From Phoronis australis (taxonomy: Eukaryota; Animalia; Phoronida): a stretch of 64,000 nt of DNA. Of this stretch, positions 1 through 14,900 are shown piece by piece. How positions within the stretch are numbered: position 1 is the stretch's first letter; each line of letters opens with the position of its first letter. Where the stretch lies: assembly GCA_002633005.1 (NCBI GenBank), contig NMRA01000912.1, positions 37,629 through 101,628 on the forward strand, read 5' to 3'. The notes under the pieces were generated by a model that saw only the letters and a list, made by a program, of their open reading frames with translations, had not been told where the DNA came from and did not search any database. The translations under genes were made by a program, and so were the position numbers.

Positions 1-1240
1 TTAAGCATACTTTGTTCTGGTCTAGAGTTGTCCTTGAGAATCGTGTCGGCGATGTGCTAATTTTTGTTGCTGACGTTTTCAAAAAAGAATATCCACTTGA
101 GAGGAGCAAAAATGATGAGAGATTTGTTTTTTAGCTGTCGCATGACAAATCATTGGGTTTCATACCTCGCTTTACCCTCGCTTGCGTGCCTTTGTGCAGC
201 TTCTCAAAAAGACACCAGAGCTCTGGTGAAATTGACGAGGGTGAGTAAAGGCCAGAACCAGTCATGCTTTTTGGACGGATATTCGCAAGGAAATTTTATT
301 AAGAAGGCAGAACATAATGAGAGCATGCCACCTTTCTTCACGCTCACTTTCACTGCTTGCAAGAAATCTGATTTGTTTCTTTCAACCTCATCTAAAAGTG
401 AACTGAAAACGTTATATGACACAAATGCAAATTTTTCAGAAACATTCAATTTCGTTATAGGAATGTCCTGAGTTGTAAATAAAATCAATTAAAATAATAG
501 ATGATAAGAAAATTAAACCTGTTAAACTGGACTGTGGTATTTGCTAAAATTCTTAAGCTCGTCGCTACTCAATACACACGTACTGAATGTGGTAATTTTG
601 GTCTCTCTAATGCTTGTATTCGTATCTCGTGAGAACGCAGCAAGAAGCTCCACCCCTTCCACTCAAGATCAGAACGGGACACTCCTGAGGGCTTGAGGAT
701 TTTAGCATCTATCATTAGTCCAGTCGTACAGATTTAATTTCGTTGATTGTGAACTTTCCTGGATGGATAAAGATTTACATTTCAAAATTGTAATAGATGA
801 TGTTTCTTAATATGAAGTTCATGTGTAAGTAATATACTGGAATTGAGTGAACAGGAAGAATATTCTTTGACTGAGTCTCAGGGTCGTGCGATTTGTTATT
901 TCTGCCAAAATATGCTTACAAGAGGTTATTTAAAGTGACATTCCTTTCCATCCATGAATTTCCTTGTTTTTTTTTCAAATCTGCATTCTTCTCAGTATTA
1001 GATATATAACTTCTATCGTCTACCTTTTAGTAATCAAGTTCATTTACTGAAAGCACGTCTTTAACGATGTGAGGTACATGACTTAACAGCCCAATTGTGC
1101 GGAAAGATTGAATAGATGCATTGCCAACAGCTTATAGTTATGTTGTAGTTTGCTTTGCAAAATGTAGCCCATTAAATGTTGTATGGGATTGAAAACAATC
1201 TGTTCATTCTAATCTCATGTTGAATATGTGAGAAATTTAA

Positions 1241-1810
1241 AGTGCTTAAAACCACCATTTACCTTGTTTTGACTAGTGACCACATTGTTAGCATCATTAA
1301 ACCTTCCTTTATGGGACCGCGTGAATTCAATATCCCAAAAAAGAGAAAATAGAAGAAAATCAACTTTATTTGAAGGTTTCTTAGCTCCACGGACACAGGT
1401 GTGATATTTGAATGTAACCAACGCCAGTATGTCATGTCTAACAACACCAGAATTTCTTGTACATCTGTGCTTCCCTATGTCCCGTGGCAAAAGTGAAAAG
1501 AGCCACTGCATGGCCTAATACTAAGCTGTCACAACTACCATAAACACGCCTCGCCATTCCTCATTATACCATAAGACACATGCATATGAGCACCAATATC
1601 TGGTAACTTTTCACACTAAACACAATGGAGGATAACTGGTGCTGTGATTGGTTGGCCTGATTTTTCGTAGTATATTTCTACCAATAAATGCTCATTCCTC
1701 AAGATCAGATATTTAACATATCGTCAGACAGTGCTTGCAGATGCTCTGATTTGTCGGCTGGTGGGGTTGTTTTTTGGTGTTTTGGTATGAAATTAATGAT
1801 TTTAAGCACT
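1241..1810. mobile_element. TTAA-flanked non-autonomous DNA transposon (Kolobok-type AG..CT ends)
   Basis: ttaa|AGTGCTTAAAA..TTTTAAGCACT|ttaa. Confidence 0.6.
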
Positions 1811-4324
1811 TTAATGTTACATTTCACCCTTTTTAGCTGGCTAATTATTTAATGAAAATCGAAATTGTAAAGTCTGTTTCATAATTTCCCTTACCAGGAT
1901 ACCACTGGCAACCCAGACACGAAAACGCTTCAGAGTTCATTGGGGATTGTCCTGCCCTGAGATTTTGAATTCAAAAGTGGCTCATGTACACATTGGCTGT
2001 GACTTGAGTTGGTGGCTCCCTGACAATAATTCAAAATCGCAATCGCATGAGTGTGGTAATGTTTTAAAACCCTAAAGCACTTTAGTATTTAATTCAACAT
2101 ATATAGCAAAATAGCGGGGAAATGCAACTTTAAGCAAAATATGTTTCATATTGCATTGTCTGAACTGTGCCAGTGGTAAAGAATGAGTTTTCTGCAGATT
2201 TGTATATTGATTATAATAAACTAGAAGTTAGCATTTGTCAGCAATATTCTATATAGCATCTCACTGTTTGTGTAACAGTAGCGTGTATGATTTTGATGTC
2301 AATAAAAATTGGTGTCATTTAGCTGCAAAACCATGTTTCGCTCCTTTGTTTTTTACTAAAACAACCTTTTTGGTAATTGGTATTTGGATCAATTCCAAAA
2401 ATATTACAAATAATTGGTTCCCATTTCAAAGCTTTCTTTAACAGACTGAATTGACAAAAATGTTTCATAACTTTTGTTCACTGTTTGTTCTTGGTAGAAA
2501 CCGTTGACACTGAAAGAAACAAAACGCAGTGTGTGCCTGTCACGTTTTGATGTTGCTTTCGCTTCATAGTACCATTCTTTTGCCTTGGTAACATAATACA
2601 ATTTTTTGAAAAAGCAGCAATATGATATTTATATTTTTAAAGATAAAATTAAAATTTATGGACATCCTTTTGTAGTTAAAGACGGTTTCATTAAAAATGA
2701 CTGAAGACTGAAGACAGAAATTTTGTCTTACGTACCACACAACTATTTCTGGAAAATAATATAGTATGACTGCTGAGAGTAATGTCTCCTATGTTATACA
2801 CTGTTAGATAAGTTAGTTACTGAGATAATTTCTATAAATTATTTCTAGACAGCAATGTACTCAAATGGCCCAACTGTTCCTAAATAGTGAAGTGAGTGCG
2901 GGTACAGACCCAAGTTCTGTCTCAAGTCTTAAAGTGGAACTTGCACGCTAATTCCTTATCAAATTAACTAGAACTACAACATGTAGCGATGATGTGAATA
3001 TCAAATATGCTGAAAATAGCCAAATGATTTTAAGAATGCATTTTGTGTCGAAAATGATCCACTGTTAATCGCTGAACCATGTCCTGTAAATATTGTGACG
3101 TGGTGTTTGGGAATAACTCTGCATGACGCGCTATTTGAGCTCCCTATGTACGTCATTATTGCAAAGGTCACTTTTTTGAAGAATTTTTTGTTTTCACATT
3201 TACAAGTTGTCAATGAATACAACTACTGCACTTTGTTTAGTGTAGATGTTGCTCAATTAGCATTGTTGTTCAGTTCTTGCTATACAATAGCATAGTTGGG
3301 AACATGCAGATACATCAAAGTCACTTTCATGAAATGGATTCTTGGTGGGATTGGGACTTGATTTTGAATAAACACTATAATGGCACTATAGACCATTTCT
3401 TATCTATGGGTATCTGTTTTTTTATCATTTTCTGAACTTACTGTAGTGGAGTGTTGGTGTTGACAGTGTCATAGATAACATTAATGATAATTTTGTGAAT
3501 AGGAACTTGACTTTCATTTCACTGCATTATTGCATAATTTCCATGAATCAACTCAGTAGACTATGGAGTATTTACCTTTCCGTTTTATGTAAACTTCAAT
3601 GGAATCAAAGTATTTGAGGAGATCCACCAAGTCAACATCAGGTTCATTAAATGGAGTGTCCTTGTAAGCAAATGGAGACTGGCCTCTTATGTTGCATACT
3701 TACTCATTTTGTTGTGAATATGTGGGCAAATGCCAGGGACTCGCTACGTAATGGACACATATTAGTTAGATTATCACTCAACTATGACAAAGCTCTGCAT
3801 ACTGTTACTCTTGCATTGACTCTAGTAAAGCTCTACATGCAAGTCAGAATTCTTAAAAAACGTTGTTTCTCTCACAAAACTCAGAGAAAATGTGCAGATC
3901 ATCCGACATAAATCCCCTGCTTGTTTTTACCTCTTTTAATGTCTTCCAAAATCCCATGCACTCGACCCTTAGTTTGAATTTTGCATAACTTGGATGAAAT
4001 CTTTCTATTTGGTCAGATATGACTTATGGTATGCTCGTTTTACTGTGGTACCAACGCTGGTGCGTACTCATATAGTGCACAAAATGTACACGTCAAAAAG
4101 TAATTATGATCATAATTCTTCACTCATTTTGCACTCAATATGGCCGCTAAGTGAAATTCTCTTTTGCCAAATTCCATCACAAAAATAAAGATTAAAGAAA
4201 TTTAGTCTATTAATAGCATAGCTTAGTTTATATTGTGTTGTCTTATTTTGGTGACTAATTTTCCATTATTTTTAGTAAAGTAACGAGCCTTTTGAAAAAC
4301 GGACAAATTACTATTTTGGCAAAG

Positions 4325-4710
4325 AGGTGTCCCGGATTACACAGCACCATTCGAATTTCGCTGTATTTACCCACAATGCAGTAAACATTCGTCAGGCACA
4401 TTTGCTGCCTCGTTTTGGTGCCTCCGCAGTTTCACGTTATCTGTTGTCTGATTCTTCACAAGTTTTCTCGGTTGCATTACTCTATTGATTTTGTCCTTCC
4501 AATACCAACAAAGTATTCCCGGACCTGCTGTGGGCGAGAAAGTTTGATAAACTGGACAAATACCTGTGGATGTGTGATGTGATATTCTTCACCTTCCCGA
4601 CATCAATGAGAGACATGAAAATGTGCGTGATTTCCAAAACAAGATCACGCACATTCTTATCTCTGAGACAAAGGAGAGTTCTATAGCCGTGTAATCCAGG
4701 ACAGGCCTAT
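4325..4710. mobile_element. MITE-like repeat, copy 1
   Basis: imperfect TIR gtcccggattacacagc / gccgtgtaatccaggac; colinear similar copy at 35200-35597. Confidence 0.65.
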
Positions 4711-5835
4711 TATGTTTGTGTGAAGTATGTCAGTGAAGATCACTTCCATCAGATTGGTCACTATAGTGTGCAGTGAGTGAGTGACCTGTTTTGTGAATGT
4801 AGTACGCACGTTGCGGTGATCTTCAGTTTTCACATTGGTTTTGTCTTTTGCCTCAAGAGGCTATCAATGTGATAATGCACCAGTCGGGTTTACTAAACGT
4901 CCACTTCTCAAACCTTGAAATCAGTGAAAACTATATGTTGTCATGAATGAAACTGAAGTCTTCAGATGTTGCAGTCGCCCACTTCTAAAATTTTTTGTGG
5001 TGCATGTGTCTTATGCGGACGTGTACAAGCATGTATTATCTTACGGTAATAAATACCAAAGACAATTAGCAAATGACACAAAATCCCGATCGAGTCGATA
5101 CCAAGAATATCCACCCCTCACAAAGCCTCATTGCCCTCGAGACAGTACCCGAGAGAACAGAGGACTCCCAGGGGTTGGTGGCATGTCCTTAGTAACCTCT
5201 TCTTTGGGAGAATGTCAGAACTAGATTGCTTAAAAATGTCAATAATACATTACTGTGGTTTTGAAATTTTCTACAAGTGTTTTAATTAAGTATATGTTGT
5301 TTTAAATGTAATGATCTGACACCGAATCATTAGTCTTATTTCACATGCCTGTCCAGTAGAGCACACTTACCTTAAGTGAGAGCGAGTGCCAGCCTAAAGT
5401 GAGAGCTTGCTATTGAACGTCAACATGCGCTCACAAATGAACACCCCTATGATCAATATAAAACAAGCGTAGGCTGCTGAACTGATTTATTTTTTTTTCT
5501 GTACCAAACTTACAACAATCTTGCCATGCATACTTTGTGCATTTCCAGCTCATACTGCTTAGAATCAGAGTCGTTGCTTAAGGTAATCACCTTGAAACTC
5601 TTAAGGTCTCCTCAGACACCATCTTGGATTTCTGAGCGAATTACCTATTGAGAGTGATCGCCAGCGCTCACGTCCTCTTGCAATTGCTCGCTGACTAAAT
5701 ACTTAAACTCGTCCCCCAGAGTGGACTATTTCATTTAGAATAAAATGCAACAATGTCTGTAACAATTTTGCCTACTTCTCGATATTGAAATTTGCTGGAG
5801 TATGAACATTTCTGTAGAATTCTGTTCATTTTTAG

Positions 5836-5917
5836 GGAGCTGGACATTGGCGTTTTCAGTGCATTGGAGACGGGTTCTATCAGCAGGGCTGTGTTGGATA
5901 CTGAGATGAACATTAAG
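5836..5917 (+). CDS. FANCD2: FANCD2 exon ([27 protein letters not shown])
   Basis: tttag|G..AAG|gttggt; resembles human [25 protein letters not shown]. Confidence 0.9.
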
Positions 5918-8900
5918 GTTGGTGAAGGATGTGGTCTACATCAACTATTCTCGACTGTTTTGTTGTTTGAGCGCTGACAAGTTTATCGTTACACTATTTG
6001 TCTGTTTCCGAACTCTGACTCTGAGAGCCCATGGCCGATGATTACAAAACTTCACTTAAGTCTCGACTGGGTAGGTGCCTAATCTCATTGCATGAAATGA
6101 AGCTTGCCATATAGTTGGTCAACTTTTGCAACAAGTGTCGAGGAAAGTTTATTGGTCACAGGGCCCAAGTTATATTTTTCTTAACTGAGAGAAAACTGTG
6201 AAGTTCAGATCCATTCCGCACATAGCATGCATGCAGCTTAGTATCATGACGGTACATTACATGCTCAGCATCACAAAGCCAGTACCTATTGTTCAGCTAT
6301 GTTCGGCTTATCTGGATAGATTAGGGTCAATGACTTCTGAGATGAAAGGACTACATATTCTGTTATCCTCAACTCTCATCGTTGTTTGTACAGTAATTCA
6401 ACTGAGATGGAAGGAGTCAGACTTTTTGAAAATCAGAACACGATCTTTCTAGACATTGTAGAATTGAAGAAGACCTCAGGATTAGTGTAGATCGAATCCC
6501 CAAGTGTTTCAACTTTTCCATGTGTATGTGGTCAAGCTAAAAGCGTCTAAAAAGTTTGTCTTGTTTGTCTGATTTTTTCTTTTCATTCAAAAAACATTGT
6601 TGAAGATGACCCGTTACTTCAGAGTAAAAAAGTTTACCACTTCTGTTAAACAGCTAGCTCAGCAAAATATAATTTCGGAACTAGTTAAGTGTGTATATGT
6701 TGCCTTTGTGCACGTATGTCGTACTTTCTCTTGGTAAAGTGTGACACTGGGGTTTACGTCCGTTACTGGTTTTCATGGTAGTGGAATGTGCTTTCTATGA
6801 AGTTTTCATGGTAGCCGAATGTGCTCCCTACCAAGTTTTGTGGTAGCGGAATGTGCTCCCTACCAAGTTTTCGTGGTAGTCAAATGTGCTCCCTATCAGT
6901 TTTTCATGGTAGTCGAATGTGCTTCCTACCAAGTTTTCATGGTAGCTGAATGTGCTCCCTATAAAGTTTTCATGGTAGCGGAATGTGTTCCATACTAAGT
7001 TTTCATGGTAGTCGAATGTGCTTCCTACCAAGTTTTTGTGGTATCTGAATGTGCTCCCTACCAAGCTTTCGTGGTAGCAGGGTGTGCTCCCTATTAGGTT
7101 TTTATGGTAGCGGAGTGTGCTCCCTACCAGGTTTTCATGGTAGTGGAATGTGCTTTCTATTAAGTTTTTACAGACTCCATTAAGTTTCTACTGTAAAAAT
7201 TCTTCAGTTTGAGACATCAAATTCAAAACTGAATCATTTTTTGGCATGTGATGCATTGCATTGTTAAATGTTATTTACTTTTTGTTCCACCCTGTATTCA
7301 GGCTGTGACTCCCATCAAACTACAGACCCCACAGTTGATGTTTCTTTTGGAAGACCTTGTACTCAAGTTACAGCATGCCCTACCAGCCACCGTCTGCAAA
7401 CGAAAGACCTTCCTGAAGGTTAGTGGTGGTTGAGTCGCCCTAGTTTTTCATAATTTTTCTTAGTATATGCAAAACCAGCTTATTTCAGCAAATTTTGACT
7501 CAGATTTTAATCTGAAGAGACTTATTAATAGGTTGTCTGGCTTTGTCAAAATTACAATAGAGCTTCTTTCAACACAAACAATGATACTTACACTGGTGCA
7601 TATAGAACGTATTAGTGATTTGCTTGGACATCACAAAACCTCCATGTTACAATGTTTTAGACCCGAAATTCAAAGACTGTTGGCTTCACACAGCTGGACC
7701 AGCACAGCAGTGCACAGTTGGCTGAGTGGGCTGTGACAGTGCTGCCCTCTCTCTGTGATCGTCTGCTAGAGACTAATGACTACTTCAAGGTGGGTTTGCG
7801 GTAGGAAAGGAACCAAAGTGTAATTTGCTAGAAGATTTGACGAATTTCTCTTGTTGAAAATTGACCATATGTTGATTACTTATTTAACTCATAATATGAC
7901 AGATGCTTGAAATTTTATTTTGTCAAATTTCTTAACAAAAAAGTAGAAATTTTTGGCTGTTATTTAGAAGGCTTGTAGTGTTTAGGTCTTAAAATAACAC
8001 TTGTGTACGACGTTTATCTGGGAACTCCATTAAATTAAACTAAAATTTAATTGAAGACGAAATGATTTTTTTTCGTTTGCATCAGATATTATTGTTTTAT
8101 AAGGGAGTTCTCAAGTGTATTCTCCCTTCAAGACTTGTGTCTGGTTAGTGCACTAGATTGCTGCAAGACTAGCCTGTATTGTGTGTTTTTCGTAAATGTT
8201 AATTTGTATCAGGTGATTTATAAGCCCAAGAGGCTGGGGATGTATTGCGCAAAAAGTCGGTTTGTTTTCGTATTGCATTGCATGATGCATCCTTTGCTCT
8301 GATAATTAATACATATAAATATAATTTACACATTTCCAGTGAGGAAATGTGACCGTGCATCAGGGAAGCTGCCTCGGATGGTTCCTTACTCAGATGGGGA
8401 ATGATTTACAGGTCATGGATGAACTGAAGACTTGTTATTGCTTCCACTCATGATTTTCTTTGGCTTTGTCTGAAGAGATAACGAACTGTCAGCTCCTTCC
8501 AAGCTTAAAGATCACTTCAGAAATAAGGAAGGAACAAGATAAGGCCAATTCTGTAAAGTGGCTTAATCAAACTTTTGTTGACATAAAGCACTGTTTCAAT
8601 GCTGCTTTAAGATACTTATGCACTTGTATTATGATGATGTCTTGTTATAGGCTAGACTTGAAGAGGATGATGGTGTAATAGATGGACCAAGTGTTAGTTC
8701 AGCTGATTACCACCAGATGGTGTGCTTGTTTCATCTTTTGTTGCAGGCAATCAGTCACATCTTGTCCTGGTAAGACTGAATTTTTTGTGGCACAAATGTT
8801 CTTTATTTGATGATGTTTTCGGGGAAATATTTTTCTGTTATTTGTTTTTAATGATTTGAGCAATTTTGGAATAGCTTAGTTTGCTTTTAGAAAAGTATGC

Positions 8901-11900
8901 AATTGTTTAAAAAACAAAAATGTTTTGAAATTGGCCAAAGTCCTGACAAAACTGTTCCATAAAGTTTTTATTACAAAATGATTTATTTCTAAAATTTCTG
9001 AAAAGGTTATTAATTACAAATTATAATTCTAGAACATTCAGACATATTAACCCCAAACTAGTGTTTCCACCAGTTGCATGATTGTGTTCATGTTGCAGGA
9101 ATGGGTTTGAACGGCCAGACAACAGAGGGCTCTTCAGGCAGTGTGTGAGTGTGATGGCGGCCAGAATAGAAGAGGCAGACACGAGTCAACTGTCGCTGAA
9201 AGTGTTATTAAAGTGAGTATGTGTTTGAACTGTTACATACGGCAGAATGTGTGACTGTTCCCGTAGTCTTGTTTTGTTATGAATTTTCCATTTTCTAATG
9301 TCATGTCATGTCACGTGATCCAGATGTTAGAGGACTGTTCTAGTTTTGAAGCAAAGCTCGACCATAGAATTCCACCCTAATAAGCATGTCATTGCTCACT
9401 TCAAGTCACAGTCCAATATGAGTTTACTTTGTGATAACGATGACTCATGATTTTTGTTTCTTTCACAGGAAATCGTTTGAATACATGCTGTCCTTAGCCA
9501 CTTTTCTTCCGTCTATCTCCGTTGCCGTGGTACTTGTCAAAATTTTGGGTTTGCTTGCTGAGAAGAGCGGTTCGTCGCAGCTCAAGTCAAACATTGGTAA
9601 TTTCAACCTAAATATTATATATTGGATCATTTCAACCTAGCATTTAACAGACTTTTTAAGGAATTTTATAAATTTGCTCCAAATTTAGTGGGTTGACAGT
9701 GGTGACAGGGCATTTTTTGTTTTAGAGAGCTGGATAGTAGAGTCATAATAGTTGATATGTATTGACCACTACCACATGGAGTTTCCTGTCGAGGAAAGAT
9801 GAAATGCATTGTCGTACTGGCTATCTATCATGACCGTGAACTAAGGGCTGTTCCAGTAAAATCTGTATGGGAGGGGGGAAGGCACCATTTTTTTCGCACC
9901 CACCACCCATATTTTTCATTTATTTCTTCAGCCTACCACTCGTAATTTTTTATAAGTTTGAAATGCAACCACCCGTAATTTCTTTTGTTCTTGTAGTTGA
10001 CTGCACAGGCGCTTGAATTTATCTGTTCCTCCATCACCACTAGTGTGATTCTTTACTAAGAAAACATATTTTCTTATTTATGGTTATTAGCCATCGAGAA
10101 ATTCGAGCACCTGTGGTTAAATGGTGTTATTGACATGCCAATGAGGAGATCGGAGGGAGTGAAAAAGTCGGAGCTTTTTGCAAGTTGCATTTTTGTTTCA
10201 GTTTTTGATTCTGTTCGGATTGTTTATAAAATTTACTAAAATTACCCACTATCAAACATTTATGGCCCAATGAAACAACAACGACCTGTAAATTTTTTTT
10301 TTTTGAAGTACGACCACCAGCCATTTTGAATTTAAATCAAACGCAACCACCCATAAATTTTTATTTCAGTTGCCTTCCCCCCTCTCCCACACAGATTTTG
10401 CTGGAACAGCCCTAACCTAAATGTTACTACACAAGCAGAGTTCTATGATCTGAACATTTTGCTGGGATGCCGAGTTATGATGGTTTATCGCGGATTGCTT
10501 TTGCCAAGCGGAATTAACTATCATAATGGGGACGCATTGTCGGATTACTGATAGTGTCATGAAGTAAGTTGCCATTGTTATTCTTTAGCCTCGCTTACGG
10601 AACAGATGTTAAAGAGAGAGTGGACAGCCAGTGACGGACAGCAAGAGAAGGGGGCTAAGTATAACGAAGCCCTCCAGTGTCTCTTTAAGTGAGTTGGCCT
10701 GGGATAACTTGACACTTGGACACTGTGACTCAAGTTGTTATTGTAGCATGGGATGTGGTCTCTTGAAGCCTGGATGTCAGGATATTGGGAAAAACTGACT
10801 TCCTAAACTGTGTCAGGGCTTGGAATTATCCTCTTTTAAGAGGATTGCCTCTTTTTTGGTTTCGATTTCCTTTTATTTGACTTTCAGTCTCCTCTTTTTT
10901 CGTCTCTTATTAATATTATTCTTGCAAAAACGTTTGTTTTAATCAGTTGAATTTTACAACACAAAAATATCTGTGTCACCAAAGTCTATTTATGGAACGA
11001 TACGTCTGGGAAATTTTCCTCTAGTCATTGGTCATTCGAAGTCCTGCTGTATAAGCTGTGTCTCTTTCAGTGAGTTGGTTTAGTATAGCTTGATACCTGG
11101 AGACATATTGTCTGAAGTTTGAAGTTGTTGTTGCAGTGCGTGATGGAGACTGCAAATTTAGTAAACTACCATTCTTCTATTAATCGATGTACATTATGAC
11201 TCGTTCAGTACGAGTATGATATGTAGAAAATTATGAGTCGTTACTGAACTAACAACGTTTCACCAGCGTCTGCTGAATTGAAAATCCATCTTTGAACCAA
11301 AGAAGAGGCTTGAGACTCAACCTATCACACATCTGGGACAGGATTCTGACTAAAGTTTACTGCTGATTTTCTCAACTCTGACCGAATCCACCAAAGGTTG
11401 CACAGACTTGAAAAAGCGCTGGCTAAACGTTGTCCTTTCATTTCAAGTAAATTCAGTAATGACTCATAATTTTCTGCATATGATTCTTCCCTCTTCCGTA
11501 ATTGACATCTTCAAAAGCATACAAAACATTCTCTTTCACGCAAATCATCTGGTCCAGAAAACTTCTGAATTTGTTGATTTTCCTGCCTCTGGCTGATCGC
11601 CACTAACATTTTTAGAAGCAGTTTCAAAGTATACACCAGATTTTAATTCTGTCTTTCCAAACAGCACATTGTCAAGACAAAAGTAATGTGACAAAATACC
11701 GTTTTCCCCACATGACGGCAAAAATTATCAGAAAAAAATACTGGCAGTGAGTATTATGGCGACAAAATTCTAACTACAGAATGGCTTTGTCACCTTTTTG
11801 TTAATTTCTCTTCATTTTCTTTCTCGAGGGAAGGTCACTCTAATGATGAATTTCGCTTCCTGCCAGCTGTCATGGCAGGGAATTCTGGGCCATTTTGTCT

Positions 11901-14900
11901 GAATACTTTTGTCTTGTACTGTCATCTCTGTAGTTATGAATAATTCCCAATTCTGATCTCATTGTTATCCTGAATTTATTCATGAATAATGTCCCCAGGT
12001 ATTACCTGCAATACTCTGATGATAAGTTAGAGGTGATTGAAAACATGTTGGCTGTGGATGTACAGCAACTGTTGAAGGGTGACAAGAACGCATCGTCCAT
12101 CACGTTTAAAACACTGACTCGTGCCTCATTCATCGTCTTCTATCGTGCCTCGCTGACGGCTCTGATTAGCTGTGCACAGGAGATTGCTCCTGGCCGGTCT
12201 ACAGACACAAGTGATGTAAGCACACCTTCCTGTCTGTAGCTCATACGAAGCAGAAATTTAAATTCCTCCTACAAAGCCAAAGATATCTACATTTACTAAC
12301 TAGCTTCAGTGGGGATCACTCCTCGTTTGGTGTCGCGTTTACTTGTGAAAATCTCAGTTCTTATAATTTTGCATGGTCTTGCTTTTCCTGCAACAAACTT
12401 CCTCTAGGAATGCACCTCAAGTGATCAGTTAAGATTTCCCGACTGTTTGGCCTAAGTTACTAACCTTCGTTTCCAAAATACTTGCAGAAAATAAGGGACA
12501 ACAATTATTCAGATTGTTATCAAATTGCGATGCGAGAATGACCGACTTCAATACCAGTACCCCAAGGCTCATTTTAATTCATTTCTTAGTTCCAATTTTC
12601 ACTGTTAGGTGTCTTTCAAAGTCATGATTTAGTACTATCTTTTGAAGAGTATTATTGAGTTATCGAGCGTATAGAAAGCTCAGAGTCATTTAGTAGTCAG
12701 ACTGTTATCATATTTAACAACGTTGAACGTTGTTGTTACAATTGGTACATGGGTAAGTCAACTGGTTGTACTTAAGAAACAAGAATTGAATCAAAAATAA
12801 TCAAATTTCTCCTAAAAAGTACCGAATTAAATTTCTTAAAATGTATATCTTACCAGCCCTATGGGGAAAAACATTTGAACTCTCAATCTACTGTTAGTAG
12901 TAAAGACAACCATCCTGGTGTGTGTATTATTTCTGCTGTGAGCTGTGATGTATTAATTGAACTGTTGAGATACTGTAAAAACTCAACAACCGTGGTGCAT
13001 CTGTTGTTGCTGCTCCATTGAGTTGAGCTGATTCTTTTTGACAGGTGAAGACGGAGAAGCTTCTTCAGTGGGCGTTGGCTGTTAGAATCTTCCATATTCT
13101 TGTAAACCTCATTAAGGCGTTTGAACAACGAGTCAACCTCAACGCTATACTCAGGGTGCGTTATCTTACATCACTTTTTATTGTTTTATGAAAGCTGCAT
13201 TCCTCCTTGCTTAGCGAGCTAAAAAACGAAAATCTTAGTAGCCTTGCTGGCAGTACAGGGTTGTGGGGTGTTTTGTTCCCGATTGTCAGGCACGCAATGA
13301 CATATTGACAGTCTGTGATGAAAATGACATTGTTGAGACATTGATCAGGTTTGTCTCGTTATCATTTTTTATGCCAAAACGTGCCACGTAATGACTCAAA
13401 CAATCTTAATGATCACGCGCTTTTCGTTTTGCTTCCTGTTTCAACTTTAAAACACTTATATTCACATGTTATTGAAAGAGCATCAGGTATGTTTAAGTCA
13501 CGAAATTCTGTTCAAATTGACAATGGGGTCATCTAGTGTGTAGAAGGTATAGCAAAACTTAATATATAAAGGACTTATTGGTAGTTTAATTGAGCAGCAG
13601 TGTACAGTCTGTTCATAATGACAGTATTTTATCTGAAACTTGACTTGCATTACATTACGGCGTTTTCTTATTGCTCCCAACTTGTAGGACCCCTGTAGCC
13701 AATATCTTACACGACTAATTAAGTCCATTCCAGCATTTGTGGATGGAGGGCCAGCGCGCTTTTGTTCGATAATTGCTCTAATCTCCAATAAGATCGTATC
13801 TAGCCTGACTGGGCTGTGGTGTTAAGAATAAAAGTTAAGTTATAACATATTTGAACATAAAGCAGTAGCATTGCTGAAATTCTCGTCAAATGGTGATCAT
13901 GTTTAAATTTTGAATCGCCAAAATCGCCCATCTAAACCGAATTTACGACAATCTATTCTTTCCAAATGTACCAACTTGCTCTGGGTTTGACTGTGTTCAC
14001 ACGTGGTCTGTAATAAGCCTGGTAGATAATTGGCCTACCTGTTGTCATACCAGACAAAAGACTGTGCTTAGCAGTTAACAAAGAAGCTAGACATTGGATG
14101 TTATCACACGCTCACCACTCTCTAGGTCTGGTAAAGTCACGGAAAACGCCGTCATGAGATTAGTATTTCTCGTGAATGCATTGTGAACTGAATTGCTGAA
14201 AGCCAGCATCAAGCTCTCCATGGACAGTTTTGTATAATTTTCTTTTTAAAGCAAAGTAGATGACAGCCTTGATCAACTTAAATGAAAACAGCTAAGTAGG
14301 TATTGAAACAATATTTGGTAAAAAATGCCAATAGAAGCAAAGTTAGCGCAGAGTTGACCTATTTTTAGGAATTTGTTGTGAAAGCTTCTGTAGTTACAGC
14401 TCTTCCTCTGCTGCAGCACCATCTAGTGTTCAGGAAGTGAATTAAACTGCTGTTGTATGGTTCCCATCCTGTGACATTATTGGTTAGTGTTCCGTAGACC
14501 ACATTTTTTGCAAGAAAAACGAGATCCCGCAAAATCACACGAGTGAAAGCGAGTGTTGCTCGAGTATGCTCTCGAGACTTTGCTAGCACAACCAAGTAAA
14601 ATGGCGGCCACTGAAGTGATTGGTCGGTGAGGTTGGAGTGTAGAATTATGGGATAGAATTTATAAATTGTGGGAGACAATTCACATTTCCTGTTCCAAAA
14701 GCGAAGATTTTCCGCATGGCTTGTGTCTTGGGTCTACAGAATGCAGCCCCCTCGGCTTTTCACTGGTTTTGATAATACTGTCCTTTTTTAGTACGGCAGA
14801 CAGTTTGTGGAGGTCTTCCTGCGACAAGGCATGCCCCTGTTGGATTACAGTCTCCGTGACCATCGAGAGGAAGTGACCAGTTTGCTGAAGAACCTTCAGC

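Noticed and set aside
64-488. Overlapping 135-aa (+) and 94-aa (-) ORFs
   Set aside because: No FANCD2 similarity or recognisable domain; minus frame breaks into stops; not supportable as a gene
934-2129. Outer TTAA-flanked element enclosing 1241-1810
   Set aside because: TIR match (AGTGACATTCC vs AGTTGCATTTCC) too short and imperfect to call
6768-7168. CRISPR-like periodicity
   Set aside because: Head-to-tail repeats with no unique spacers, eukaryotic intron, no cas genes
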